64,000 nucleotides of DNA from Neoconidiobolus thromboides FSU 785 (GCA_025603075.1 MU626274.1:1-64000); one strand, 5' to 3'. Positions 49,316-63,044 are shown, numbered from the stretch's first letter. Notes: a model not told the origin generated them from the letters alone. A program made the numbers and translations.

Positions 49316-50962
49316 ATGAAAGGTTTATGCTTAAAGAGGCCAGCATTCAATGTCAGCAGATTATTGAATTACAAATTAAACATAAAATCCTATTATTCTA
49401 CAACCAAAGATATCCAGGTAGATATATCATTATTTAATAATAACAATTTAATTTATATTTAAAGAGTAATGTATTTCCAGTAACACCAAGATCCAACTTA
49501 ACCAGAAGCACCTATGACGCTCAAATCACTATGTTAGATAACGGAATAAGGGTAGTTAGTGATGATGTGCCAGGTCATTTCGCTGCATTTGGTGTTTATG
49601 TGGATGCAGGTTCACGTTATGAAACTAAGGGGTTTTCAGGAATATCACATATGTTAGACCGTATATCATTTAAGGTAACGATTTAGACTTTACTAATTTT
49701 AAATATTTATTGTCTTTAAGGCCACTGAGAATCTTACCTCGGAACAAATTCAAAATCAAGTGGAAGAAATGGGAGGCAATTTAATGTCACATAGCTCTAG
49801 AGAAATGATACAATATCAAGGTACAGTTTACCATCAAGATGTTGAAAAGATAGCCTATCTTTTTGCAGAAATGACACAAAAACCTTTAGTATTACAATCT
49901 GAGATCGACGAGCAAAAGATATCAACTAGCTACGAAATTGAAAATTTAATTTCCAATCCAGAAACTTATATACCTGAATTGTTACACAGCGTTGCTTTTG
50001 GTGGAAAAACTTTAGGAAAACCATTTTTATGTACTCCTAGAACTTTGAATACAATGAACGCTGCTCGAATTAAAGAATATTTAAGTAAAATGTTTATCCC
50101 AGAAAGGATGGTCATTGCTGCATCTGGTTTAGATCATGAAAAGGTAGTAGATCTTGCAAATAAATATTATTCATCAATAAAAGCACCTATAAAACAAGAA
50201 GACCAAGCAAGATCTTCAATACAAAAAATTACAGAAAAGATATTCCACCCTTCAACTTCTTTCGAACCTGATAATACTAGTGCCGTTTATCACGGTGGTG
50301 TTGAATTAGAGAATAATGATATTACTGAATTCACTCAGGTTTATGTAGGAGTGAATGGAGTCAAAATCACCGATGAAGATCTTTATCCATTAGCTACATT
50401 ACAAGCTCTATTAGGAGGAGGGTCTTCCTTTTCTGCAGGTGGGCCTGGAAAAGGAATGCATTCAAGATTATATCGTACCGTATTAAATCAATATGGTTGG
50501 TCTCAATCATGCCAATCTTTCAACCACAGTTATAAAGATGGAGGTATTTTTGGTATATCAGGATCATGTCCAGCCGATTATTCATTAGATATGTTACACG
50601 TAATTGGATACTCATTAGCTTCAGTATGTGATCCAAAACGTATTTCGAAAGTAGAGCTTGAAAGGGCTAAAAACCAACTGAAAAATAATTTATTAATGAA
50701 TTTAGAATCACGTTTAATAAGATTAGAAGATATGGGACAACAAGTGTTAGTTGCAGGATATAGGGTATCACCTGAGATTGTATGTAATAAGATTGAAGCG
50801 TTGACTCAAAAAGATTTGGCTAGGGTAGCTTCTAAATTATTCTTAAGTTCCGAAGTTGTGCCTACAGTAATCGGATATGGTCGTAATTTAGAGCCTTTAA
50901 GAGATGCCCAGCAAATATTAGCAAAGTTTGGAATAGGTGGAGTTAATTCTTATAAGGCATAA
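49316..50962 (+). CDS. MAS2: Mitochondrial processing peptidase alpha subunit, 3 exons
   Basis: VDAGSRYE..GISHMLDR, SSREMIQYQ, glycine-rich loop LLGGGSSFSAGGPGKGMHSRLY, LMNLESR..EDMGQQ. Confidence 0.95.
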
Positions 50963-51185
50963 AAGTTATCTGATGTGAAAATGATTAGAAAATAAAACAC
51001 ACAGCTCAATATTTTCTAAAAAATATGACTTTGAGAGCTTTATTAAAACATTAATAAGTAATCAGACTTAACGTAATTTAAATAACATAATAAAATGAAA
51101 CAAAAAATTATATAATAAAAGCTGATTGTAAAAACAGTTTTATTTATGAAATACTATTTAAAAAAATGAAAATAATAACAAATGT

Positions 51186-51282
51186 AGGAGTGTTTTTTAG
51201 TTTCGTCACTTTTTCCATTTTTTAGGCATTATTTAAGTGTAAGAATTGCCAGTAAAATCCTTAGACAAAAAAATACATCCTC
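51186..51282 (-). mobile_element. MITE copy 17, between convergent MAS2 and NOT4-like 3' ends
   Basis: Family core reversed, ATGT/ATAT flanks. Confidence 0.82.
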
Positions 51283-51349
51283 ATATAAAAAATGACATAG
51301 AACCTTTTATGCATTTGGCACATTCAAACATAGTGATTATAAATGGAAA

Positions 51350-54300
51350 TCAAATTGCTGGTCCAAAAGATTTAGTTGGATCCATATTTATATCCCAAAG
51401 GAGGTTTCTGCTCTGCTTTTCAATCTTCTCCTGACAATTTTTTTCTTCTTTAAAAGAGTACGCAACTACACTCTCCAAAGCTCCAATATTAATCTGTTCT
51501 GGATCCTTAACTAACTCAGAGTAAGCCTTAAATTCAGAAAAGTAAATCAGGTCAATTTTAGTAATTAAAAAGTCCTCTAAAGCTTCATCAATCTCTTCAT
51601 TTGATCTAGTCACAGTATCCCCATAGTATAACTTAAAGATATGGTATATGCCTTCAGTATCAAGGATATCAATTGGAAATTCATTAAACACGTGATTGAT
51701 TTTATCAGAAACGATTTTAACCAAGACAGGGTAATCAATAGTTTTGTGAGCACCTTTTAAATGAGCTGAGAGCATATCATGGTAATCATCCAAAACTAAA
51801 TCAATGTGGCTCACTTCAATCTCTTTATCCACTTTAGGGGGCTTAACTTCATTTTCTACAATATTTTCTTTTTCTTTCTTCTTTTCTTTATCCGAATTTT
51901 TTGGTTTAATCTAAAAAATATTAATTGTTTTAAAAAACAAAAAATTTAATATTACTATAGTATAAGGACTTTCTTGAAAAACTGGCATTTCTGCAACTTT
52001 TTTACTTGCAGCTTTTATTTTGGGCTCATTATCAACATCTGATTTATTTTCAGGGATGGAAGTCTTAGTTTTGTTTGATCCCTCTTTCTTAAAATTCGAC
52101 TCTTGTTTGTTCAGAGGCTTTGCATCAACTTTATTTAAGGAGACTTTATGTAATCCACCTCCTTTTGCCGAAGTATCAATTAAATCCTCTTTTCTTTTAG
52201 CTACTTCTACTCCATTCTTATTTTCAGTATAAGCTTCTGGTCCTGACTTTTTTAATATTTGAATTGTTGGCTGATGCAGAGGAGAAAGTGTTACTTTAGT
52301 TGTGCTTTGGGACGTAGGGGTCGCTTTATTAATGTTTTGAAGTATAGTTATCCTTTTAGGTGTATTTTGGGGTGCAGACGCTGCTTTAGATGGGTTTTGG
52401 AGTATAGATATTACTTTAGCTGTATTCTGGGATTCGGATACTACTTTATCCCTAGGCAAAGTTCCCTCTGGCCTTTTCAAGATGATAGGAGTTTGCTTAG
52501 GCTTATTTAAAGGAGTTTCACTTTTGGTTTCAACTTCTAGCTTATTAATCTTCTCCTTTTCTTTTTGGTCATTAATTGGATTAGTATCATTGACATTATG
52601 TCTGTTATGTCTGTTACTGTTACCTGAGTTAATTTCAGTAATATCTTTTTCTAAACCAATCTGACTTCCAGCTTTTGGTTTTTCATTTGGGTCATTAAAT
52701 CTGCTATTAAAATAAGCATTTTTATCTTGTAACTTTGAAGCATTGAAAATAGCTGGATTTTGAAGCTCTTTTATAGCTTTGATAGGCGTCAAAGTTTCCT
52801 GACTAAATATATCAATACTATTAATACTATTTCCATTACGTTTAGAATCTAAATTCAATTAGTGATCATATAGCTACACATTAAAGCAAATACCTTTATT
52901 TGGTTTATTCCAATCAGTATCGTTTAAATGTATATTCCCATTTATGTTATTATCTACAAAAGATTTCATATTTTTTCTATCAAGGACGTTAGAAAATTGC
53001 TTTTGATGGGCTAGGTTAGGAATAAAAGATGGAGCATTTGATCTCTTAATATATTCATTAGATTGATTTTGAATATAACTTCTAGCTCCACTACTTATAA
53101 TCTCGTTTTTACCCATCATATATTGGTCGGGATAGTTGTTTATTTCTATTTGATTTTGACGCATTAAATTTGGCTGAGGCTGATTTAAATTGTGCCTCAT
53201 AGGATTAAAACTTTGGGGTTGAAAATCAATTGGATTAATAGTAGAATCAAGCTGATGCATTATTGAACTGTCATAATTGTGTATATGGCTTACATCAAGG
53301 TTAGGTCCAAATCGATTATTAGATGAAAAATACATATCATTAAATTGGCCACGGGTGCTTTGTATATCATCTTGAAATTTATGTGGAATAGAAAAGGCAT
53401 CTTGGAGAACTCCTATATTATTTTTAGGACCAATAAAGTTATTTGGATCATCTGTTATATTATTTAAACGCATCGTACTATTGAAATTAAAATTGTAATT
53501 TATACTCTGGATACTGCTTTGGTAAGTGTTGGGTTTATGGTCTTCATAACTGTTTGGATTCTCAATTAGATTATCAATAAACACCTCCTGATTAAATGCC
53601 TTATCTGAAAATGGTGTTTTGTTCTGTGGATCTTGTTTAAACGCTTTATCTGAGAATGAAACGTTATTTTGCGTAATATTTGGGCCAATTTTCACTAAAT
53701 TATTAGGTGGGCTTTGATATTGATAACCTAAAGTTGGAGGAAATGGGTTATTACCATTAATTGAATCCATGCAATAAGTTAAAGGAATATTTGCGTTGAC
53801 ATTGCTTTGAGGTTGGATCAAATGATTTTCTATACTTTTATTTTCCTTAGGAACAAATTGACGATTGTTATCTATTATACTTCCAAAAGCTTGACTAAAA
53901 GGTGGCAGACTATTTTTAATTGGTTTATTAATGGAATCAGGTCCCAAAAGATCAGGCTCAAAGCTATAATGCGGATTTGGAATAAAGGGGTTTCCTCCAT
54001 TATTAATTTTACCGAAAAGAATGTTTGGGGTTTCATTTCTATTAATATTATATGGACTTTTATTTAAGCTTGATGATAAATTATGCTGAATTGGCATTTG
54101 AAGTTTATTCTCAAAAGGCATCATTCCAAAATAGTTTGAGCGTTCAGGAGATAGTAAATTACCATTTTCTATTCCAAAATAATGCGAACGCTCAGGAGAT
54201 AATAAGTTGCTATTATCTATTCTTTTAAATGCTTTCTCTGCTTTTTGGGTGTTTATATTTAAATCTGTCTTAGAATTTAAAATATTGATGTTTTGAGTTT

Positions 54301-56317
54301 TGTGAGGATCTTTAGCTAGTGGGAAAGAGGTGTATGACTCATTAATATTATGACTATATAATCCTGGATTTAGAGGTGTTCCACTATTGAAGTTTAGTGA
54401 ATTATATTGAGCTTGTATATTGGAATAACTTTGAATGTTTGTAATACTATCTAAAGTATAAGTCATGCCAGTACAGGCCTGTTTCAACTCAGAGTCATTT
54501 AAATTTATATTTCCAGCTTTAGTGTTTTGATTGCCGCCAAAATTTGTTTCAAATTTTTTTGCTTTATAACTAGAATAAGAACTGTCAGGAAAGTTTTGCT
54601 TTGAATCAAACCAGCTTGCTCTTCTTCCGTAACCAAACGATACATCATCTGATTTATAACTAGTTGAGGCTATATTTTTCTCATTTGATCCTTGATGATC
54701 ATCAAAATCAATCAAACTACTGTATGCACTTAATCTTCGATTGAAATCCATATTCTTACTTGGCATTTTAGGTAATTCATCATGTATAATATCTTCTTGA
54801 TTATCAACTTCTTTCAAGTTATCTTTTTCCTTTTGAGAATTTTTACTAACGTTGTCATTAACTTCATCTTGTTCATTTAAATAACCTTCATCATTGTCAT
54901 TATGCTTCTTTTTAAAATCCCGTTTAACTTCACTTTGCTTAATTTCAGGTTTGATCAAGCTTACATTATGCTTTTGAACTATTTTTTTCTTGGGATGAGC
55001 TCTTTTTATTCCAATGTCGGTTAAAGTTAACGAAGAAACATGTACTAGTCCACTATCATTATACAATGTATTGTTTTCGTCCGGTTTAGCCTCTGAGGAT
55101 CGGGTTTCATTATGGCCTTCAAGTAGATCTAGTTCACCTTTACTATTTATGCTGAATGTTGGGCTAGCTATATCATGATTTATTGGGTAGAGATTAACGC
55201 TCTTTTTTGACATACTTGATTCTTGCCTACTTTGTTCATTAACCCAAGGCCCACTTTTTTGAAGAATATTAACTTTTAATCTTATTAAAAGAAACCAGAA
55301 AATATTGGAAATAATATTACCTGAGTCTTTTCCTTTTTTACCAATATCAAGAGAATTAGATCTACTTTGACTAGGCACTGCAGTATATAAAATTCTTTTT
55401 TCACTTTCTCTAAATTTTAAAGTCAATATTTACTTTTAACTATTTGATAAATTAAATACTTTTTCTTATAAAGCTTAGCCTTTTGTTCATCGTTCCCTCT
55501 CCATTCATGAGCATATTTACAATTTACTTCCTGACATTTTAAATTATTAACAAGCTTCCTACAGTATTTGGTTTCACCCAATTTAGCTCTATTAAGAAAT
55601 CAATAACTTTAATTTTCATATATGCTTTTTATTACCTAATTTTACAACCTTGTATGACAAATTGATCATATTCCTTAACTGCAGCTACCGCTTCTTCAGA
55701 TTTACTAAAAGTAATATAAAGGTTTGCAGTTTTTCCAGCATTTGGATCTTTAGATATATTATATTTATAAGCTGCTGTTTTAACTTTTCCAAACTTTCCG
55801 AAACCTTCTTTGTTTTTTAAGAACTACAAAAATCAAAAGAAACCAAACCGTTTTAATAATATTTTTACCTCTTCAGTTCTTCCAGCAAGTGGATAGCCTG
55901 CAATAAAAACTAAATTGGGTATCTCTACTGAAATGAAAGGCTCTTCATAAGGCATTTCAAGTTTGGAGTCCGCTCTTTTTCTGAATCCTTTTTCTACTTC
56001 TATTTCTTTTTCCTTCCCCTCTTTGCTATGTAGTGTTAGACTAGGTTTTATATAAAATCATAAAACTTACATATTAGCTAAACAATTTGAAATTACTTCT
56101 CTAGCAATTGGAAGGTTACATGCATCACAGCGGCCTTTACCTTCCGGCGATAAATACCATTCAAGGCATTTTTCACATAGCTATTATTTTAGTATTATAA
56201 AAAGCAATTTCTTGAAAGGTAATTTACCTTTACAGGGCAATCACATGGTCTATTTTGATATTCTTGTTTTGTTAAAATGGCGACACAACGTACACAAATA
56301 TCATCTTCTTGTCCCAT
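51350..56317 (-). CDS. NOT4: Divergent NOT4/CNOT4-like protein (C4C4 RING, RRM, CCCH, long N-rich IDR, helical C-terminal domain), roughly 1500 aa, multi-exon
   Basis: CVRC-x13-CDC-x3-CEKC-x11-CDAC RING; RRM with FGKFGKV and NLYITF; KYCRKLVNNLKCQEVNCKYAHE finger. Introns 55410-55459, 52849-52893 and 51911-51955 join three track ORFs in frame. Confidence 0.75.
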
Positions 56318-57173
56318 TTTTTTGCCTTTTATTGGTATTTTAAGATTTGATTTATTTTAGCTGTAAACAGTATACTTTTACTCAAACCTAGTTATATCAA
56401 AGTTATAAATGGGATTAGATAAATATGTAGGTCCAAGAATCTGAACCTTTAAAATTGAGTTTTTTTGTTTAGTTTTTTGATCCAATAAGATTTTCACAAA
56501 TATCAAGAACTGATAGTATTGAATTTGATAAGTTTGAAACGGAGTAAATGATATTATAGCTTTAAGGAATAGTAGATTGGATTAGTTACTTTATCAATTT
56601 TATCAAATAATAATTTTCATTTCGAGATAAGATTTTTGTTTATACACACTGCTTAGCATTACAGCAAAAAGCCAATTCTCTAAAATTATGAAAACTTGTA
56701 TATAATATATTCTTTTCAAGTTAAATGCTAGTCATGGGCGTTTTTATAAGTTTAATAAATGATTTCATATTATGATTGCTTATCTCAATGTTTTCATATC
56801 AATATACAATATATAGACAATCCATTGTTGTTTTGTTATGAGATTAAGTATTTTTCGATGGTCAATATATCCATAAGTATATACAGTCAAAACAGATCAT
56901 TATTTAAACTTTGACAGAAGATTTTCATTCACTAAAATGATTTACAATTTGAAACAAAATTTGAGAAACTCGAGGAAATGAAATGAAATCTTATCTCACT
57001 CAAAAAACAATACTAAAGCTATAATGAAAATTTCATAAAATTATACTAAATATAAAACAAATAAAAATGAAAATCATAATATTTAATGCTTTTTTAGTTG
57101 AATATAAAAATATAGTTCTTATTTTTATAGATGTTTTAAACAAATCTATATAATTTAATGCTTAATCTAAAAC

Positions 57174-57606
57174 TTATAATTCTTGTTTTGTTGAGTCGGT
57201 TAATTCCTGATAAAATTAGGTTAAATGCTAAAAAATAAAGTCAATGAAGATAACTTACTTGAGTTAAACCAGCAGGAGGTTGAGCTTGGCTTAAACTATC
57301 AGCACGGTCTAATTCAAAAACAAGGGGAAGAGCAACAATAAAAGCAGTAGTTGAAATAACCCAAGCAGCTTTACCAATAAAACTTACGGTATTAGCACCA
57401 AAGTTATAGATTGATTTAACTGAATTAGAAACTTGTCTTCTTTGAGCAGCTGGAATAATATCTTGTAAAGCAGAAATGCGTTCCCATAAAGTTTCATTAT
57501 CTAACTCATCATCATATTCATACTCTTCTTCTTCATCGGTAAAAGACTCATCTTCAACTACAACTTTATTGACATATTCGGCATCCACTTCTTGTAATTT
57601 GACCAT
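57174..57606 (-). CDS. TOM22: Mitochondrial import receptor Tom22, 2 exons
   Basis: Acidic N-terminus, ETLWERISALQDIIP, TM segment GKAAWVISTTAFIVALPL. Confidence 0.92.
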
Positions 57607-58121
57607 TTTGAATTCGATTTAGACTTAAAATTTAATTTGGGAAATTATTGAAATTTTGAATTTGAGTCCTTCGAATATTATGGGTTTACCAATTCTTTGC
57701 ATAATTGCTTAGTAATAAATAGTTTGCAAAATTCTTAAGTGTCATATTGCCAACTTTAAGAATGAGCTATTTGTCTAAGGACATTCAAATGTAGCAACTT
57801 ATTTTCGAAATTTAGATATTTTAAAGCAATCTAATTTGTAAAATAAAGCATATTCTTGATGATAGACAGATAAAAATAATATAAGTTAATAATTGCACTT
57901 ATGATTGGGGATGGATGAGCTCAAGGCGATATCTTATAAGGCTTGCTTCAATAAAATTATAGTATTTTGGGAAAGCCAGTTAAGTAATAAGGTATTTGAT
58001 ATTAGACTTTAGAATGAAGTTAATTTATAATAATATGGAGAGCTGAACTCATACATATTTAAATTTTTTAGCTTGATCTTTTATATTAGTTTACCAGTAG
58101 CCTGGTTTGCAATAAAAATAA

Positions 58122-58133
58122 TGTGACGTCACA
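58122..58133. promoter_or_regulatory. CRE/ATF-type palindrome TGTGACGTCACA upstream of muskelin
   Basis: Perfect 12-bp palindrome with TGACGTCA core, ~130 bp before ATG 58263. Confidence 0.4.
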
Positions 58134-58262
58134 AGCTGTTTGAAAAGGATAAAAGTTTCAGCGATTTAAACACAGGAACCAATTAAAATACAAGTAAAAT
58201 AACTATAAATTTTAAAAAATGACTCTAATTTAAAAAGAAGAATAAGTAAAAATTATAAAGAA

Positions 58263-61200
58263 ATGGAAAAAAAGAGACATATAAATAGCTCAAATGGTCA
58301 ATTACCAACATCATTGACTCATCAATTAAATTATGAAATTCATTCATGGTCAGGTCATCTTTCTAATTTTCATCCCAAAAATGTATTACAAGATTTACCT
58401 TTGGATAAGAATTCAAGATGGTCAACAGATAATAATAAACAAAGTCAATTTATTATATTGGAATTAGAAAATTGTTCTGTTTTAGGTAATATTTATAGCT
58501 TACTATTATTTTTGTGTTTTATGTTTATATAATTATATATTTTATTTAGAAAAAATTACTTTTGGAAAGTTTCAAAAACGTAAGAAATTGTTGAATTTAA
58601 TTTGTATTTACTAAATGTCCATTAGCTCATATCTGTAACTTGAAAATGTTTAAAGTATATGGTGGTATAAATTTAAATGATTTAACAGAAATATTGGAAG
58701 AAGGTAATGGAAAAACAAGATAAGGTATTATTTGTATTAATAACAATATTAGGGTTATCAAATGATTCAGTAGCAGAAACTTTTTATATAAAATATAATA
58801 CGAATGGAGTAATATGAAATAAATCATAAAAAGAAAAAATTAATATATAATAATAGATATTTCCATGTAAATATATTAAGATAGTACCATTGGCTTCATG
58901 GGGTAGCAGAATTAATTATTCAATATGGTATCTAAGATTCGATGGTATTGATGAAAAAAACTATGTTCATGATATTTATCAAAAATTCAATATGGTAATA
59001 TGATACATAAACAATATAATATAAATATATTATTAAAATTTTATAACAGCAATTGGAAAAAAAAGTGATTCGATTATGTTTAAAATATTTTAGACAACGT
59101 CATTTTGAAACTTCGTTTAAAGCATTAGAAAAGGATACTGGTGTACAATTAGAAGATATTACGTTGACTAATTTGTATCAACTATTGGTAATCATTGAAT
59201 AATTATTAAGTGATTATTTTTATTTACATTAACATTATATTAGGTGAAAGAAGGCGACTTTAGTCAAGTAGAAGAATTGTTGATTAGAGCGTATAATGAT
59301 AACTTATTTGATGAATATTGTAAATCGCAGCCCTATACTTACAATTGGAGAAGGATATTTGCTTATGATGAAAGTAATATTATTATTTAATATTATAACA
59401 AATTAAAAATATGTTAACAATTAGATGGCTTATGCCCAATGCCACGTGGTGGACATCAATTCTGTTATAATCCAAACGTACGTATTTAATTATAACCAAA
59501 TATAATAATATAACAATATAATAATATAATAATACTAATATTTTACTAAATTTATAGAAGGATATTATCTATTTATTAGGTGGATGGGATGGTAATCATG
59601 ATTTAGGTGATTTTTGGTATTTTGATATTAAAACTGAAAAATGGCATTTAATATCAGATAATACAATAAAGTAATAGTTAAAATAACTAATAATATGCCT
59701 ATATTAACATATTTGTATTCCATTTCATAGTCAAAGTGGGCCTGGACCAAGATCCTGTTTTAAAACATGTTTTGATAATAAACAAAATAAACTTTATGTA
59801 TTTGGAAAATATATGAGCTCAACCGAAGCAACCAGTAATCCACCTAAAGCTGATTTTTATTGCTATGAACAGGATTCAAATAAATGGACATTAATTTCAG
59901 AGGATGTAAAGGTAATTATATATATTTATAACATATATTTATAATGAAACAATATCGTTTTAATTAAATAGAGTGAAGATGGACCTAGTTTAATATTTGA
60001 TCATCAAATGGCAATCGATCAAGAAAATCAAATCATTTATATTTCAGGTGGTAGAAAAATAACTCCATTAGGACCAGATATGAAACCACCTAAAGCACGT
60101 TATTCAAAATTATTTAAGTACGATATTAAATTAAATAAATGGGAAAAATTAAGGTAATATAAATAATACTGTAATATGATATAGATTAATATTTCAATAT
60201 AATAACATTTATAAAATTAAAGTCCTCGATTAAATACAGATTTAATGAATCAACAAGAGTTTTCAATTGTTAAAAGAAATTCCCATTCAATGATGTTTGA
60301 TCCAAAATTAAACCAATTAATTATATTAGCTGGAGACAGAAATAATAGCTCATTTTTAAGGTAATTTACATTAAATACTACTATACTATATAATTTATTT
60401 ATATTGTTTATATTATTAGTGATATGTATATTTATGATATTAGTAATAATATATATAAGCAAGTCTATCGAGATTATTCAAGTATTGGAGGTCCATTACC
60501 AGGATTTGCCCAAAGTGCAAATATTGATGAAGAATTAAGAGAAATATACATATTTTCTGGTATATCAAAAGATAAAGAAATTACGCCTAAATCTGTTTGT
60601 AATAATTTCTTTATGTATGGTTTAATCCAAGACACCTTTGTTGAAATTTATAAAAATGATATCATTGATAACGAATATTGGGATAATATGGCTAATATTG
60701 AACCAATGCCAAGATTTGCTCATCAAATGGTTTATAAAACTAGTACAAAAGTAAGTCATATGATATTACTATTATATTGTTATGTTATGTTATTTATTTA
60801 TTTTTTATTATTATGTTTAGATTCATTATTTATTTGGCGGTAATCCTAATAGCAAACCAGAAGATAAAGGACGATTGGATGATTTATGGGAATTTAAATT
60901 AATAAGGTAAATCAAAAATACATTATAGAAAGAATAATGACATTTAAACGTAAATTATAATAGACCAAAATCGGATGAAATATTAAGGAAGGCTAAATTA
61001 ATGATACGAAAACATAAGTAAATTAATTATTATATCAATAGTACTTCATTTAATAACTATTTTTAGATATCTTGAACTTTGTGAAAGTAATTCGCTTGAA
61101 GCTTTAAATTATTTAAGAGATAATGTATTTCCCTTATTAAACAACAATAATAGTATGGAAGTAGAACATTTTCAATCTTTACCAATTAAATTATTTCAAA

Positions 61201-61432
61201 CTGTAAAAGAAAATGAAGGTAATTATTATCTAATACTATAAATATTACTAATAATAACTTAATTTACATTAATTGACATATAATTTATTTAGACACAACG
61301 CTTAATAATATAACTACAAATGTTCCTCTTTATTCTCAACGGGTTCAGCTATATGAAAATTTAATACTATTTTTTCCAAATAATATGAAACAACCAACGG
61401 ATAATTTAATTGAGATTGTAAAATTACAATAG
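58263..61432 (+). CDS. MKLN1: Muskelin (discoidin-like N-domain, LisH/CTLH, kelch repeats), more than 15 short introns
   Basis: YEIHSWS..F.PKNVLQD.P.DKNSRWS, LKIFRQR, PMPRGGHQ, YLLGGWDG..DLGDFW, PMPRFAHQ, LFGGNP, LFFP..MKQPTDNL. Confidence 0.9.
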
Positions 61433-61754
61433 TTTTTTTAATATTAATAAAAATAAAAGATTTTTCAAATAATTAATTAATGATTATAAGTATTTTTAAA
61501 CAGTGATAAAACGAATACTCTTACTTTCAAATATTGAATATTCAATTTTTATAACATAATAGTTTTTAGATCTAGATTACTTAACAATACTAGTTGAATA
61601 CTAACTGAAATTAAAACTCCAATAAAGATCAGCATATAAAAAATTAACAACGATTCATTAAAACTTATTAAAAATTAAGTATAAAAATAAGTAAAGTTTA
61701 TAAAAAAATAACTTTTATATTTATTTTGTAGTTAACTACTATTTTATCTAAAAA

Positions 61755-62012
61755 ATGAAACTTAACACTATTATTTATAGTTTAATTTTAGTTACTCCAA
61801 TATTCCCATTGTGTAATATAAATCTTACGTCTAAAGACACCATAACTTCTAACTTCAATAATTGTGTAATAGCTTGTACTAAGGTCTTATCATTTGATCC
61901 AAGAAAGATTGGTTTGGATTGTGTTATGGATAGTACTTCAAGGACTGTGGTTCATTGTACATGCACTACTTCACCATGTAAGCCTTTACCACGAAATTTC
62001 TACTGTACTTAA
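61755..62012 (+). CDS. Small secreted cysteine-rich protein (85 aa, 8 Cys)
   Basis: Signal-peptide-like MKLNTIIYSLILVTPIFP followed by 8 Cys in 67 residues. Confidence 0.78.
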   Translation: MKLNTIIYSLILVTPIFPLCNINLTSKDTITSNFNNCVIACTKVLSFDPRKIGLDCVMDSTSRTVVHCTCTTSPCKPLPRNFYCT

Positions 62013-62045
62013 TTAAATTATTTAAACCTTTTTGAAAAATAATAT

Positions 62046-62144
62046 GGGGATGTATTTTTGTATTTAAGAATTTTACTAACAAATTTTCCACTCAAATAGT
62101 GCTTAAAAAATAGAAAAAATAATGAAGCCAAAAAAAACATCCCC
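62046..62144 (+). mobile_element. MITE copy 18, 33 bp after the Cys-rich gene's stop
   Basis: Perfect TIRs, ATAT/ATCT flanks. Confidence 0.9.
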
Positions 62145-62361
62145 ATCTGTACTATTGGCCATATGTGATTCCAATTTTTATAGCTCAATGTTTTAAACTG
62201 TTTGACAACATAAATCAAATATCACTTAAAATTAAAGTCATAATGATTTGTTATCAATAACAGTATTAAAGCTAAATAAAAACTACTATAATAACAGTTA
62301 TAATTTTTGGTAAAATGAGCTATAGGTTTCCATTTTTGTTTTATTACTCTTTTTATTCAAT

Positions 62362-62600
62362 ATGAAAAATGTAATTTTATATGATTATTTATAGTTTAAT
62401 CTCAATTACTAATGTCTTTTTCTCTAGATATAAAGCAACTGCTACACCTTAGGGCAGTTTAACTATCAAAGCCCTTGTAAAACAAATTGTAGTAAGGCTT
62501 TAAAAATTATTAGTAAATTTACTTGACTAACTGTGTTACAGATATCAGTTTAAAAAATGAAGTTGAATTTAATTTACTGCTTCATTATAATATTTTTTAC
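62362..62600 (+). pseudogene. Decayed tandem paralog of the Cys-rich secreted gene
   Basis: Shares ATGAAA..ATTATTTATAGTTTAAT with 61755; fragments IIYSLISIT, PCKTNCSKAL and CVTD parallel IIYSLILVT, NCVIACTKVL and CVMD; stops and frameshifts. Confidence 0.55.
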
Positions 62601-62628
62601 TACCAGCACTAAAATGTTAAAAAGATAT

Positions 62629-62723
62629 AGGGATATCTTACTTTGTTTAATAAGTGTATTAACAATTTTCCCCCTCAATTCTGATCAAAAAAGGAAAAAG
62701 CGATGAAACCAAAAGGCACTCTC
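62629..62723 (+). mobile_element. MITE copy 19 (degenerate)
   Basis: GGAAAAAGCGATGAAACCAAAA core recognisable, ATAT flanks. Confidence 0.6.
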
Positions 62724-62948
62724 ATATAACATTTTCTGAGATGGTCAAAGTCAAAAAACCGAGCACTATTTGGATTCGAGTGTGTACTAACTAAACGACT
62801 ATTTAAAAACATTAATTAGATCTTGTCCCCTAAATAGTATAACAATATTAATTATCATTTTTAAAAAAACGTCTAGTTGGTGCATATTTAGCTAATTTTT
62901 CGACTTAATTTTTTTCCTTGACTCAATTGCTTTGAGAAATTCTGTATT

Positions 62949-63044
62949 AGGGATATTTTTTTGGTTTCATCACTTCCCATTTTTTAAGCACTACTTGAGA
63001 GAAAAAATTGCTAGTAAAATTCTTAGACAAAAAAATACATCCCT
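62949..63044 (-). mobile_element. MITE copy 20
   Basis: Family core reversed, AGGGAT/ATCCCT ends. Confidence 0.8.

Noticed and set aside
5517-54067. Many short antisense ORFs (e.g. 5517, 8846, 13542, 15166, 22780, 26320, 39410, 44823, 52020, 53807)
   Set aside because: They are shadows of real coding strands, expected in AT-rich codon-biased DNA, with no independent motifs.
56400-56900. Faint similarity of minus-strand fragments (..LITKQQWI..) to the 7TM family
   Set aside because: Only a few residues match and no ordered series of motifs was found.
2389-61432. Functional clustering of ubiquitin-proteasome genes (PRE10, MUB1, glomulin-like, NOT4, muskelin) or of mitochondrial genes
   Set aside because: Both are large categories, the genes are interspersed with unrelated ones, and no shared upstream motif was seen.
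62018-62218. 66-aa ORF on the minus strand
   Set aside because: It is largely a read-through of MITE copy 18; the same KYKNTSPY-like peptide appears in ORF 17046.
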